64,000 nt of DNA from the human T2T-CHM13v2.0 reference genome, Homo sapiens (GCF_009914755.1 NC_060933.1); one strand, 5' to 3'. Shown: positions 38,821 to 54,246, numbered from the stretch's first letter. The notes: generated from the letters alone by a model not told the origin. Translations and numbers: made by a program.

Positions 38821-41800
38821 TTAAATCTTATTTCTTACATAGGCCAATTAAAGATTCTATGCTTGTCCAAATAACACAATTGCGGCATAGGTGCACAAAG
38901 ATATTTGTGTAAGAATGCTTACTGTAATGTTTTTATGATGTAATAATAGAAATATTTAAGTATCTATGAATAAAGGAGACAAAGACACACAAACACACAC
39001 ACATGTATATATACCTCTATATATATTCTAGTAAGTTTAAAAATATAGTGACTTTTTTTAAGTTTATAATATATTATGGCATAGAAAAAGATCTTTATCG
39101 GTACCTGTATTATAGTAGTTTACATGCTTAAAATCTATTATGTGCATGTGTAAATTCATAAAAATGTATACTCGTATATTCCTGTTGCTCTAGGCTTTAA
39201 CTAGAGTGTGGAGAATATACACTAAGTATTTAAAAGTAGTTTCATTTGCAAAGTGAGATTAGGCAAACGGGGGAACATTTTGGTTTTCTTACTGTATTTC
39301 TTTATTACTTGAGTTGATTAGAACAATTTATAATTTTGTTTAAAAATAGGAATAAAAATACATGTTGAACTTAAACAGATTTCAGTTGATGTTAACAAAA
39401 AAATCATCTAATTATTGTGTTTAACCATACATTTAATAACTCATCAGCCACTACTTATTTGGTACCCATAACATTATAGTCACAAAAAGCAACTGAGTCT
39501 TAAGCTTATTATTTTATTCTGTTTACTTTAAAATTCTGTAAAGTAAGTATCTAGATGTCAAAATTACGTGAAAATTAATCCCTGTTTCATCCTTGATTAT
39601 TGCGTGTATGTGTATGAATGCACATCATTAAAATTCTCAAATAGGCAGCCTCAAGTCAATGCAAGAAACTGAAAACGTAAATCTAATTAATCAGTTGCTC
39701 ATAATTTTCTATGTAGCAATATTATCCAAAGATATCTTGTCTGATATAATAATAAAATTCTGTTTCACATTTTCTGTAAAATAATACAGAGGAATAATAA
39801 TACAGGTAGACATCTACAAGGAGAACAAATATTTCCCTAATACTATAATCCCTGATCCAATTATCCTTACATTTTGTTTCCATCAGAAAAAAAGCAAATC
39901 ATCTGAATAATTAAAAAATAGGCATAAACACTTTAATTTATCATTCTGGAATGTAGAAAGCAAATTTTAAATTTACTAAGTAAAACCAAATGTGTATAAT
40001 TTTGATATGGCATTATTTATGTTGATAATTTAACAAATAACAATATCCCATACTTAACTTGTTCTGATTCCTTGCCTCCATTATGGGCTTAAAATGGAGA
40101 GGGTTCCACCTTTGGAGGTGGAATTCTCTTTGAGAAATTTGAAGACAATTCAAAAATCAGCTGGTTTTTGGCTACAGTATTCCTAAACTTTTACCTTAGC
40201 AAATCAAAATCATAGACAGTATTTTTTCACACTTCTATTAGAACAGTTTCTGTGCTGTTCCATAGTTAAAAAGTAGTATTGACATTCAACATACACAACA
40301 CACGGAATTACACTGAATGCAATTATTTATTTAGCTTGTCTAATGTGATACATGACATCATTATGAATATACAGATTCCTATTCTGTTCCTAACCCTTTT
40401 TCAGAACCCAATTTATATTCGCATTCTCTATGAACTCATATCCAACCATTTTAGTTCTACTTGAATCTGCTCAGGCAGTTAAATAAGTAAATGTATGTCA
40501 TATTTCAGTATATAACTGCATGCTTCTGTATGTTAGCTGTCCTACAACTAAATTGTCATCTTCTTGAAGGCAAACAACATGTTCTGCACTTGCTGGTTGA
40601 ACTGACATTCTCTCTATATGGTGTATTTCATTAGTTAATTGCCAACTAGAGGATGGTGTGGAATGACTTATCATTCATGCAAATTTATGGAAAAGCTATG
40701 AATAAAGCTGATATCTAGAATGGAGAAGTCAGCGTTGATTTTAAGATTTTTAAACTTTGTGTTTTTATTGTGTATTTTAGTACAGTTTATTTATAACTCA
40801 TTTTTGTACAGATAATGCTCCTAATGTAACATTAAACTAAAACAACAGTTCCCCACTAACATAATCAGTCTATTGATACACACAGGGGTCCCTCGAAGTT
40901 TTGGTTTCATTTTGATGAAGGTCTCCAGCATTTAGAATAGACTCATATTTTGCTAGTAGCCCCTCCCTCTATTATTGCAGGATCTGAGATGCTGCTGCAC
41001 TCTGGAATCTCTGAGAGATAACACAAATTATACATAGCAAAAAGAAAAGACTGTATATTAAGAAGTTGCGGGAAATGCTAGTTTAATTTGTATTATTGAT
41101 TGCAGGAGCTCATATAACCTTTAATGGTTTAAAAAATATTGTTATTATCCAAATTCAGTTTTAGCATGCAGCGTTTCCTAGAATTAGTTCACACACTCAC
41201 ACTTTTGTAACTTCTGATTTAAAATACTTTGTATCACAGTTTTTATGACATCTACTGTACAATAATTATTCCAGGAAACCAGATAAACCAAATTTCTAGG
41301 AAATTTTGATATTTGTTACCAGAGAATTCATGGAATCGTGAAGGGCCTCAAAGGAATCTTGTTGAGGAATTTTAACCACATTATTCTGCTTGGGAGAAAA
41401 TCATAGAATGCTACAAGTTGACAAGTGGTGGAGACAAAAAATAAACTTGCTATAATCCCTGAAATTTGTAACCAGTATATAACGTGATCAAATTTGCAAT
41501 ACTTACTTCCTATATGAGATAAAATATGAGTATGTTAACTGCCTCTCGTTATTAAGCAGGTTGTTCTTTACAAATACACATCTTTATTGTTTGCATGAAC
41601 ACAAATATTTCTTGAGAAGCACGTTGAGCCATGAAATATGAATCAATTATTGATAGAATTGAGCCATTGAGATGGTTAACAATGTCATTTTAATTCTATA
41701 AGCCACACCAGAAAAAAACAAGCTTAAAAAATTTTTGGATGCTATCTATATCTCTGAGATAGGAAGAATTCCAAAGGCTGATAATGAAATCTAAGGTTGT

Positions 41801-41952
41801 TCAGCTGCTTAAACAAGATGGTCGTAGGTATTTAAGTCTAACTCATGATGTTAAAACTGTCATAAAATGCATAAAGCTTTGTCACTTACTTTATGCTCTA
41901 TGATACACAGATAACTAATAGTAACAGTACTTACTTTATAGAGCTGATATGA

Positions 41953-42294
<342 letters not shown>

Positions 42295-43442
42295 TATGAA
42301 GATATTAATAATAATATTGATGATGAAAAAGAGCTTAGAATAGTCAGTAACAGACTGTAAGTGCTATGAGTCCTTATTAAATGAAAAAGTACCATAATAA
42401 AGTAATAATAGTATATTAATATAAAATAATTTTCTTCTAGCTATCTTTTTATAGATCTGTAAAACTTCTAAAAGATGTAGCAAGCATTGAGATGTTACCA
42501 AGCCCTCATAGATGAGGAAAATAGAGTTTATTGAATAACATTTATAATGCATTCTACTGGAAGCAAAGCACAAAGAAATGCTGTGAGAAGTAAATATTTT
42601 CAGACAATGGCTCTGCATAGACCTTGTCCCTATGTACAGTCATTAACTGTTGAGGTTAGGATTCAGGAATGATACAATTGCTAGTTAGATAATATGCTGC
42701 TGATACCTTAAATCTAGAAGAAAGGCAGAAACGTAAAATGTGTGTGATATTAGACTAGTCCTGAATCTTATGGCTTGTTATTTAATTATAATACTACAGT
42801 AACCAGCCTTGTGATACAATAGCACTTTCAAATGATGCATAGTTGGAGCCCCTTCCAGGTATGAATTAGAAATGCAGTCAGCAGTTCTGTCATACATGTG
42901 TGTCCTGATACCTGGTAACAAAGTGAGTGCATGAAAACAGGCCCTGACGTTGCTTCTTATATGCTTTTAATTCCTTCTATTTTGAAGAAAATGAATGAAA
43001 TTGCTGTTCAGGAATACATCAAGTCAAAATATACACCATTGCTAGAAATAAATGGGTTTTAATATACACACATATTTATTTCATTTAAAGTTCGAGAATA
43101 TAATTTTAAGACATCAAAATAAATATGATAATAATAGAATAGCTCAAGAACTGAAATTAGACAAAGTTCTATTTGAAGAGTATTGTATGCATTGGATTTT
43201 TTCTCTACAGCACTTTCAAAAATGATTCTGAATTTTCTTAAATTTTATGGCTACTAAATAGATAAACTGCCTGACTTTCACTTAATAATGATGGTTTCCA
43301 CCCTTTCCCTGTGTTTTCTAAGAATTATAAAACGAATACAACTAAGATACGTCTAGTTACTTTTGGCACAGAAGCTTATAGCTGCGTTTTTATCCAAAAC
43401 GCCAAGTATTGCTTTTGACTATGGAATCCTGTGAGCCCTAAG

Positions 43443-43721
43443 CAGGATGTTTCAAACTGTGAATTGGCCCATTTATATCTTATGGTGTAGCAGGCATTTC
43501 TTTAAGTTATTGGTTTCCCAGAAGGCTAGGAAACAAACTTATTTTTTAAGTAGAATAGAGTAAAACAAAACAGCAAATATCATAATGCACAGCATATAAT
43601 AGAGTGTAAGGCTTTTTTAAAGAACATTCTCTTTAATGTGTATGTGTGCATACGCATCTGTGCATGCACACAGCTGTTGAAACATATTCATATTTATAAA
43701 TATAAAGTTTGAAAGTCACTG
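43443..43721. mobile_element. hAT-Charlie-type MITE
   Basis: Imperfect TIRs caggatgtttcaaact / agtttgaaagtcactg; internal tagaatagagtaaaac and a gt-rich tract; no clear TSD. Confidence 0.55.
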
Positions 43722-44161
43722 TGTGAGTCTGTGATTATATGTCACAGGTTTCATATGGCCTCGAAATGGTCATTAGAAACCTGTACATGCACATTTTCTA
43801 GGAAAAAGTTTTATGTTCTTCATTTGAAATACTTGTAAAGTTATCATATAAAAAACTTTGAGACATACTTATTCCAAAGCAAATTCCATCATGTTTGTAG
43901 TTTTGGGATGAATATACTTTAAAATGTAAAATAACATAGAATAATTTATATTTATATGCCTATTTTGCAAATAGATGTACTATAATTGCTTACATGTTTT
44001 TTATATAAATTTAGGTTCTGAACATGACAAAGTAGAACTCTCCAGCAATTGTTCCCTCATAGAACTATCAATTTGGTAAATTATTCACATATGAAAATGC
44101 CTTCATAAGGGCTAGCAGGTAAGTGATCACAAATTTGTAGCACGATAATAAGAAAATATGC

Positions 44162-45560
44162 TGATTTTGTACCTTGCAACTTCGCTTGTTTATGAATTCC
44201 AATAACTTTTTAGTGGGGTCTTTAGGTTTTTCTAAATATAAGATCAGATCATGTGCAGACAAGGATAATTTGACTTCTTCTTTTCCAATTTGGATGCCTT
44301 TTATTTTTCTTGTCTGCTCACACTCTGGCTAGGACTTCCAGTACTATGTTGAATAAATGTGGTGCAAGTGGCATTCTTGTCTTATTCCACATCTTTCAGT
44401 TTTTCCCTGTTTAGCATGATACTAGCTGTGAGTTTGGCATATATAACTTTTATTATGTTGAGATATGTTCCTTCTATACTCAGCTTTTTGAGATTTTTTA
44501 TCATGAAGATATGTTGAGATTTTTTCAAATGCTTTTATGGCATCTATTTAAGTGGTTATAAGGTTTTGTACCTCATTCTGCTGATAAATAATATGCACCC
44601 TATTGATTTTCATTTGTTGAGCCATCTGGGCATACCTGGAATGCATCCCACTTGATTACAATGAATGATCATCTTAATGTATTGTTGAATTTGATTTACT
44701 AGTATTTTATTAAAGATGTTTGCATCTATGTTCAGGAGATATTGACCCATAGTTTTCTTTTTTGTTGTGCCTGTCTGGTTTTAAAATCAAAGTGATACTG
44801 GCCTCATAGAATGAATTTGGAAGTATTCCCACCTCCTCATTTTTTTATAATAGTTTGAGTATGATTGATATTAATTATTTTTCAGCTGTGGTTCCATCAG
44901 GTCCTTGACTTTTCTTTGATTGAAGACTTTTTATTACAGCTTCTATCTTGTTAGTTTCTATTTGTCTATTCAGGTTTTGGATTTCTTCATGGTTCAATCT
45001 AGGTAGATTGGATATGTCTAGAAATGTATCCATTTCTTCTAGGTTTTTCAATTTATTGTCATATAGTTGCTGATAATAGTATCGAATTATTCTTTGAATT
45101 TCTGTGGTATCAGTTGTAATGTCTTCTTCCTCTCTGATTTTATGTATTTTGATCTTCTTTCTTTTTTATTTGTTAGTCTAGCTAAAGATTTGTTGATTTT
45201 GCTTATCTTTTCAAAAACTGAACTTTTATTTTACTTGATCTTTGTAGTTTTTAGTGGCTACTGCATTTATTTCTGCTCTAATCTTTACTATTTCACTTCC
45301 TCTAATTTGGGGTTTGGTTTCCTCTTGCTTTTTTATTGCAAAAAGACGTATCACAATGTTGTTTATTTGACATTTGACTACTTTTCTGACATAGGTGTTT
45401 ATTACCATAAACTTCCCTCTTCGTACTGCTTTTGCTATATCTTATACATTTTGGTATGTTGTTTTTCCATTTTTATATGTTTCAAATTTTTTTTTAATTC
45501 CTTAACTTCTTCATTGACCTATTGGTCATTCAGGAGCATACTGTTTAATTTTTATGCGTT
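44162..45560 (-). mobile_element. Inverted 5' segment of a nested L1MA3/4-like element
   Basis: Antisense ORF2 (tgattttgtaccttgcaac...aatttggatgccttttattt...ttcaggagcatactgtttaattt). Confidence 0.88.
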
Positions 45561-47550
45561 AGATACAAAATCAACATAAAAATATTAGTAGCATTTCCAT
45601 ATGCAAACAATGAACAACCTGGAAAGAAACCAAGCAAGAAAGCAAAATTTAAAATAACTAGAAATACAATGAAATACTTAGGAATTAACCAAATCAGTGA
45701 AAGATCTTGACAATAAAAACTATAAAAGGTAGTAAGATAAATAGAAGGGAACACAAAGAATTGAAACATATTCCACATTCATTGATTGGAAGAATATTGT
45801 TAAAATGTCCATCCTACCCAAATCAGTTTACAGATTCAATGTCATCTGTATCAAAATACCAACAACCATTCTTCACAGAAATTTAAAAATCAATAAGAAA
45901 ATTACAATGGAATAAAAACGACCCAGAATAAACCAAGTCATCCTGAACAAAAAGAAAAAAAATACTAGAGGAATCATGTTACCTGACCTCGAATTATATT
46001 ATAGGGCCATAGTAACCAACGCAGCATGAAACTAACTTATAAACAGACACATAGAACAATAAAACAGATTAGAGAACCCAGGATAAATCTACATATTTAC
46101 AGTGAACTCATTTTTGACAAAGGTACCAAGAACATACATTGAGAAAATGTCAATTTCTTTAATAAATGGTGCTGGGGAAATGACATCCATGTGAGTAAGA
46201 ATGAAACAACTCCCCACCCCCGCCTTTTCTCACTATATACAGAAATCAAATTTAAAAAGATTATAGACTTAAATCTAAGATGAGAAATTGTTAAACTACT
46301 AGAATAAACCATGTGAAAAGCACTTCAGGTCATTGATCTGGGCAAATGTTTGAGTAATAACTCAAAAGCACAGGCAACCAAAGCAAAAATGGACAAATGG
46401 TATTACATCAAACTAAAAAGCTTCTGTACAGCTAAGAAAAGAAAGTTAAAAGACAACACACAGAATGGGAGAAAGTATTTGCAAACTAGCCATATGACAA
46501 GTGATTAATAACCAGTATATATATAAGCTCAAACAACTTAATAGGAAAAAAGACAATCCAATTAAAAATGGGCAAAGAATCTGAATAGACATTTATCAAA
46601 AGAAGACATACGAATGGCCAATTGTTATATGAAAAAGTGCTCAATATCATTGATCATCAGAGAAATGCGAGTGAAAATACAATGAGATATCATCTCTCCC
46701 CAGTTAAAACAGCTCTTAACCAAAGAGAAGCATAACATATTCTGACAAGGATGTGGACAAAGGGAAACTCTCATACTCTGTTGGTAGGAATGTAACAATT
46801 AGTACAGTCTTTATGGAAAAATGTATGGGGTTTCTTCAAGAAACTTAAGATAGAACTGCTATACAATCCTGCTGGGTATATAGCAAAAAATAATAATAAT
46901 AATAATTTTGCTATATAAGAGATACCTGCACTTCCATGTTTATTGAAGTACTATTCACAATAGTGTAGATATGGAACCAACCCTAGTGTTCATCGAAAGA
47001 TGAATGGATAAAGAACATGCGGTAACCCAATGGAATATTATTCAGCTATAAAAATAAAGAAATCCTGTCATTGGCAGTAACGTGGATGAAACTGGAAGAC
47101 ACTATGGTAAGTGAAATAAGCCAGTCACAGGAAGAAAATATCACACATTCCCACAAATATATGAGAGCTAAAAAGAAAGAATTGAACACATGGAGATAGA
47201 GAGTAGAATGATAATTACCAGAGGTTGGGCAGAATAGTCGGGAGTGGGGATAAAGGGGAAGTGGTTAATGGGTACAAAGATATACTTAGAAGGAAAAAGA
47301 TCTAGTGTTCATTAGAACAATAGGGTGACTATAGTTAAAAACAATTTATCATGTATTTCAAAATAACTAGAGTAGAATTGATATGTTCCTAACATAAAGA
47401 AAGATATGATAAATACTTAAGCTGATGGATACCCCAATTACACTGATTTGAATGTGACACATTGTAGGCTATATCAATATATCACATGTAGTCCATAAAT
47501 ATGTGCAAGTATTGTTTATCCATAATAATTAAAAATGAAAACAATTTTTA
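45561..47550 (+). mobile_element. Sense 3' segment of the nested L1MA3/4-like element
   Basis: Starts agatacaaaatcaacata; ends tagggtgactatagtt...gatggataccccaattacactgattt...cataataattaaaaat. Confidence 0.88.
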
Positions 47551-50500
47551 AAGGGAAATTTGCATTTAAGAGGGTCAGAAGAACATTTTGGCATTACTCG
47601 CATCACACCCCAGCCAACTCAATCCAGCAAAGCATGGAGGGAGACATCACCCACTTGGGGAAAAGATAAAAATATAAGTAAAGGACTTTGCTTTGAACTT
47701 CAGCACTGAGCCTGTCTTAGTAAAACCAAGCACTAGACAGAACCCACTGCCCCATCCTTCAGGCTAGCAGCCACAGACAACCTCTTGACCTTCCCTGTTA
47801 CCAGGCATTGCTACACAGTCTTAGGCTTCAGTCTTGCTGATTTAACCTCTGGCCTGTATCACTGTTGAGTTACCTTCAGAGGACCCAAGCTCTGGAAAAC
47901 TCTCAGCCATAGGCAGCCTTTAGAGTCCCCAGGCTTCTATTGTTGTCCAGTGCTGTGCTGGCTGCAGTGGGCCCTGGGCTTCTGGTTCCCACGTCCCAGT
48001 GCCATGTCAATTGTAGCTGCCTCCAGCTTCTGGTGCATTGCAGCTCTCTGCTTGCCACAGGTCTTTCCCAGACAAAGACAGTCGTTGAAAGCTAGAACAA
48101 GCAGTAAATTCTTCAAATGCACAAACAATAATTTATGACCATAAGGAAAAAGAACAATTAGGGAAACGTGTCATCATACAGACAAAATAAAGTCCCAGTG
48201 ACTGATACTAAAGAAATAATGATGTATAAATAGCCTAATGAAGAATTCAAAATAACTATTTTAAGGACGCTCAGGAAACTTAAAGACAATGCAGAGAAAC
48301 AATTCCAAGAAATAAGGAAACCAATATGTAACTAAAATATGAAATTTAACAATGACTTTTTTTTAAAAGTCAAATAGAGATCTTGGAGTTGAAAAAATAC
48401 AATAAGTGACATAAATGCAATGTAAGCATCAATAACATAATTGATCAAACAGAAGAAAGAATTATGAACTCAAAGACAGGTTATTTGACTACACACAGTC
48501 GGGGAGTTTGGGGGAGGAAATAACCAGAATGAAAAGGAAGGAAAAAGTTTCATGACATTTATGGAGCATCAAAAGAGCAAATTTTTAAGCTCTGACTGTT
48601 TAAGAAGAAAAAAATAAGGAGGTAAAAAGCTTATTTGAAGAAACAGGGGTAGAAAACTTTCCAAACTTGGAGAAACATATAAATATCCTGGTATATGCCC
48701 CAATCAAATTCAATCCAAATAAAACTACCCTGAGACATAATCAAGTTATAAACGATCAAAGATGAAGAGAGAATCCTGAAAACTGCAACAGAAAAGAAAC
48801 AAATAACATATAAGGAAGTTCCAATATGACTAGCAGCAGACTTAGCAGAAATCTTACAAGCTAAGAGGGAGTGGGATGAGATATTAAAAGTGCTGAAGAA
48901 ATAAAAGTGTTAACAAAAAATACTATACTCAGCAAATCTCGTAAGAAGTGGAAGTGAGATAAGACTTCCAGACAAACAAAAGCTGAAGGAGCTTTTTTCC
49001 CACCAGATCTGTCTTAAATGGTAAAGGGAGTTTCCAAGCTGAGAGTAAAGGACACTAATGAGTAACATAAAATCATCTGAAAGTATAAAACTGGCTGGTA
49101 AAAGGAAGTATAAAACCAATTTCAAAAAGTACTTTAATACTGTAATGGTGGTGTGTCAGTCATTTATATCCTTATAAGTATGAAGGTTAAAAGATAAGCA
49201 AAATTTAAAAAGCTACAATCATTTGTTACACTATACATAATATAAAAAATATAAACTGACAGCAAAAATTCAAAATGTGGAGTGGAGATTGGAGTAAAAG
49301 TGTAAAGGTTTTAAAATATTTTTATCAGCTTAGCATAACCTATTATAACTATATTGTTTTTGTAAGCCTCCTGGTAATCACAAAGCGAAAATCTATAGTA
49401 AATTAACAAAAAATTAAAAGCAGGGAATCAAAATATAAACACAAAAGAAAAGTCACAAAGGAAGGCAGCAAGAGACAAAAAAATTAGTGAAAGATGTGGA
49501 AAACAACTAGAAGACAATGAATCAAAGCCATAGTAAGAACCGACCTAGCAATACTTAACTTGACTGCAAATGATTTAAGTTCTCCAATCAATATAGAGTG
49601 GCTGAAGTGATTATTTAAAAAAAGTTCAATTATAACTATGTTCTAATTATATTCTGTCTGTAAGAAACTTTATTCACCAGTAAGGACACACATAGACTTC
49701 AGGTGAAGGGATGGAAGAAAATATTCCATGCAAATAGGAAATAAAAGAGCAGGAGTGACTACACTAGATAAAATAGACTAGAAGTATAAAAATATAAAAA
49801 GAGACAAAGTAAGTCATTGCACAATGATAAATTCAGAAAAATCATATAACAATTGTAAATATATATATATATGCATACACCCAATGTTAGAGCACCTAAA
49901 TATAAAAAGCAAATATTAATAGATCTGAAGAGAGAGATAAACTGCAATATTCAATCACAGAGGACTTTAACCCTCCACTTTTAGCAAGGGACACATCAGA
50001 CAGAATATTAGTAAGGGAAATTGGACGTAAACTATACCCTAGATCAAATGGACCAAACAGACATATGCAGAACATTTCATATCACAAATGCACAGTACAC
50101 GTTTTTCTCAACTAAACATGGAACATTGTCCAGGATAGATTAGACATTAGGCCACGAAACAAGTCTTAACAAATGTAAGAAGATAAAGCGACATCAAATA
50201 TATTTTCTGACCACAGTTATGTAAAACTGGAAATCAATAACAGGAGGGACTTAGAAAAATTCACAAACCCATGGAAATTAAACAACATGGCCCTGAAAAA
50301 TCAATGGGTTAGTGAAAAAATGAGTTAGTGAAAAAATCAAAACGATATTTTAAAAAGTATCTTGATACAAATCAAAATGGAAACACAACATACCAGAACA
50401 GATCAGATACAGCAAAAGTAGTTCTAATAAGGAAATTTATAGCAATAAATGCCTCCATTAAAGAAATATTTCAAATGAACAACTTAATGTTTCACCTCAA

Positions 50501-51355
50501 AGGCCTAAAAAAACAAGAACAAATTAAGCCCAAAGTTAGTAGAAAGAAGGAAATAAAGATCAGACAAGAAATAAATGAAATAGGAACTATAAAAGCAATA
50601 GAAAAGACCAGCAAAACTAAAAGTTGCTTTTTTGAAAACAAAATTAACAAACCTTTAGCTAAATGAACTAAAAAAATAGAGAAGACAAATTAAATCAGAA
50701 ATAAAAAAATTTGGCAACAGGTACAACAGAAATACAAAAGATAATAATAGACTATTATAAAAAATTGCATACCAACAAATTGGATAATCTAGAAAAAAAG
50801 TATAAATTCCTTGAAACCTATAACCAACTAATATGGAATTAAGAAGAAATAGAAATTTTAACAGACCAATAATGAATAAGGAGATTTAATCAGTAATGAA
50901 AAGTCTCTGATCAAAGTAAAGCCCAGTATTTGATGGCATCACTACTGAGTTGCAACAAACATTTAAAGAACTAATACCAATTGTTTTCCAACTCTTCCAC
51001 AATTTTGAAGTGAAGGAAATACTTCCAAATTCCCTTTATAAGGCCAGCATGACCTTAATTTCAGAGCCAGAAAAGACACTACCAAAAAAAAAAAAAAAAA
51101 AAAAAACTATAGCCAACATCCCTGATGAATACAGATGTAAAAATCTTCAATAAAATACTAGCAAATTGTATTAAACAACACATTAACAAGATAATTCACC
51201 ATGATCAAGTGAGATTCATTCCAGGGATCCAAGGATGGTTCAACATATGTAAGTCAACAAATGTGATATCACATTAAGAGAATGAGGGACACAATTCATA
51301 TGATCATTTCAATAGATGCAGAAAAATCATTTGCCAAAATCCAACATCCCTTCAT

Positions 51356-51387
<32 letters not shown>

Positions 51388-53916
51388 CAAAAAAAACAAC
51401 TCTCAACAAATTAGGCAAAGAAAGAATATTGCTCAACATAATAAAGGCTGCATACAACAAACCCACAGCTAACATCATACTCAGTAAATAAAAGTTGAAA
51501 GCTTTTCATCTAAGCTCTGTATCAAGACAAAGATGCCCAATCTCATCACTTCTAGTCAGTGTAGTACTGGAGGGCCTAGTTAAATTAGAATTAAAGAAGT
51601 TAAATTGTAATTGTTGGCTTATGACATGATCTTAGAAATAATGAACAAATTCAGTAACATTTAAAGATACAAAATCAACATAGAAAAATCAGTAGCATTT
51701 CCACTAACAGTGGACTACCTGAAAAAGAAATCATAAAACAATTCTACTTAAAATAGCTATAAGAAAATAAAACACCTAGGAATAAATTAACCAAGGAGGT
51801 GAAAGCTTTACACTGAAAAGTAAAAATCACTGATGAAAGGAATTAAAGTAGACCATATATGGAAAAAAAAATTCATATTCATGGGTTGGAAGAATGAATA
51901 TTGTTCAAATGTCCATGTTACCCAAAGTGATTTACAGATTCAATGCCATTCGTTTCAAAATACAAACGACACTCTTCACAGAAATTTTAAAAATATCCTA
52001 AAATTTGCTTGCAACAGAAAAGACCCCCCAAAATAGTCAAAACAATATTTAGAGAAAAAAAAAAAACCTGGAGGCATCACACTACCTGACTTCAAAATAC
52101 TCATATTACAAAACTATAGTAACCAAAACAGCATGGCACTGGCATAAAAACAGACACATAGGCCAATGGAACAGAATAGAGACAAAAGGAAAAAACATGC
52201 ACTTAATGTCAATTGACTTTTCAACAAAAGTGAGGTGACATGAACACATAATGGGAAAAGGAAATCTCTTCAATAAATGATGTTGGGAAAACTGGATATC
52301 CACTTGCAAAAGAATAAAATTAGACTTTTATTTGACATCATGTACCAAAATCAATTTTAAATGAGTTAAGGACTTAAACCTAAGACTCAAAACTATGAAA
52401 CTGCTATAAGAAAACAGAGAGAAAGCTCTATGACATTAGCCTGGCAATGATTTTTTTTTATACGACCCCAAAAGCACAGGCAAAAAGAGCAAAAGTAGCC
52501 AAATGGTACTATGTCAAACTGAAGAGCTTCTGCAGAGCAGAAGAAATGATCAACAGACTGAAGAGACAATCTACAGAATGAGAGAAAACGTTCCCAGATT
52601 ACACATCTGATAAGAGATAAATATTCAAAATATTTAAGAAAATCAAACAACTCAAAGCAAAAAAAAATAGACAAAGAACTCGAGTGTATATTTCTCAAAA
52701 GAAGACATAGAAATAGCCAAAGGGTAGATGAAAAATGTTCATCACTACTAATCATCAAGGAAATGCAAATTAAAACCACTAGGAGTCATCACTTCACACC
52801 TGTTGGAATGATTATTATCAAAAATACAAAGATAAGTATTGACAAGGATGTAGAGAAAAGGGAACTCTTAATACACTGTTGTTGAGAGTGAAAATTAGCA
52901 CAGCCGTTATGAAAAACAGTATGAATGTTCTTCAAAAAAACTAAAAATAGAAACACCATGTGATTTAGCAATTCCACTACTGGGTATATATCCAAAGGAA
53001 ATGAATTCAGTTGTCAAAGAGATATCTGCACTCCTGTGTTTTACTGTCTTATTTAAAACAGGCAAGATATAGAATCAACCCATGTCTGTAAACAGATGAA
53101 TGAATAAAGAAAATACAGTCACATACACCATGAAAATCCTGTCATTTACAACAACATGGATAAAACTGGAGAACATTATGTTAAGTTAAATAAGCCAGGC
53201 AAAAAATGATGAATACCACATGATCTCACTGATATTGAAATCTACAGAAGCTCATCTCATAGAAGTAGGATTGTGGATTTTGGGTGCTGATGCATTTGGA
53301 GAAGGAGCACAGGGAAGATACTGGTCAAAGGATACCAAATTTCTGTTAGGAAGAACATCTATGCAATGTAGTGATATTGTATTCTTGAAAAATTCACTAA
53401 GAGAGAGTAAGTAAATTATTCTCACCACAAAAATGATAACTATGTGAGGTAATGCACATACTAGTTCGCTAGATTTAATCATTCCACAATGCATATTTAC
53501 TTCAATATGTTGTACATGATAAAAATATTCAATTTTATCTTTCAATTTAAAAAATAAATAAATTTAGATTCTACTTGAGTTACATACAAAATATATTTAT
53601 CTTCCTGAAAATGAAACTAAATTTGAACTCCAACAGTGTGGAAATGGTGTACTGTATATGTCAGTTTTCCTAAAATAGTTTATTATTCCTTAAAACAATT
53701 TTACAGGTTAAAATTCATCTAAATATTATATTTCTATTCTTATAATAGATACATGATGTATTAAGTAGTGAGGACAGCAACCACAGGGGGAAGAGAGATA
53801 TGGGAAAGACAGATGACTCTTAATGACCTTTTCATGACCTAGAGAAAGAGGCCAAAATTAACAAATCCTGAACAAAAATTATGTACCACCCACAGTGCTT
53901 TAAAGATCTTACATCA

Positions 53917-54246
<330 letters not shown>

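Larger units (their letters stand above)
44020..53557 (+). mobile_element. Near-full-length ancient L1MA5/6-like LINE-1 (5'UTR to tail), interrupted at ~44162-47550
   Basis: L1M-type 5' end 44020-44160 resumes at ~47551; ORF1 remnants ~48100-49080; ORF2 remnants ~49540-53230 ([19 protein letters not shown]); L1MA-type 3'UTR; TSD ataaatttaggttct (44005-44019) / ataaatttagattct (53558-53572). Confidence 0.85.

Noticed and set aside
44015-44124. Apparent + strand exon ending in CAG|GTAAGT
   Set aside because: Lies in the TSD and 5'UTR of the ancient L1; stops in all three frames; the donor-like motif corresponds to L1 5'UTR sequence
45067-45579. Longest ORF (170 aa, hydrophobic, membrane-protein-like)
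   Set aside because: It is the T-rich antisense reading of the inverted L1 ORF2 segment; the F/L/I/Y bias follows from base composition
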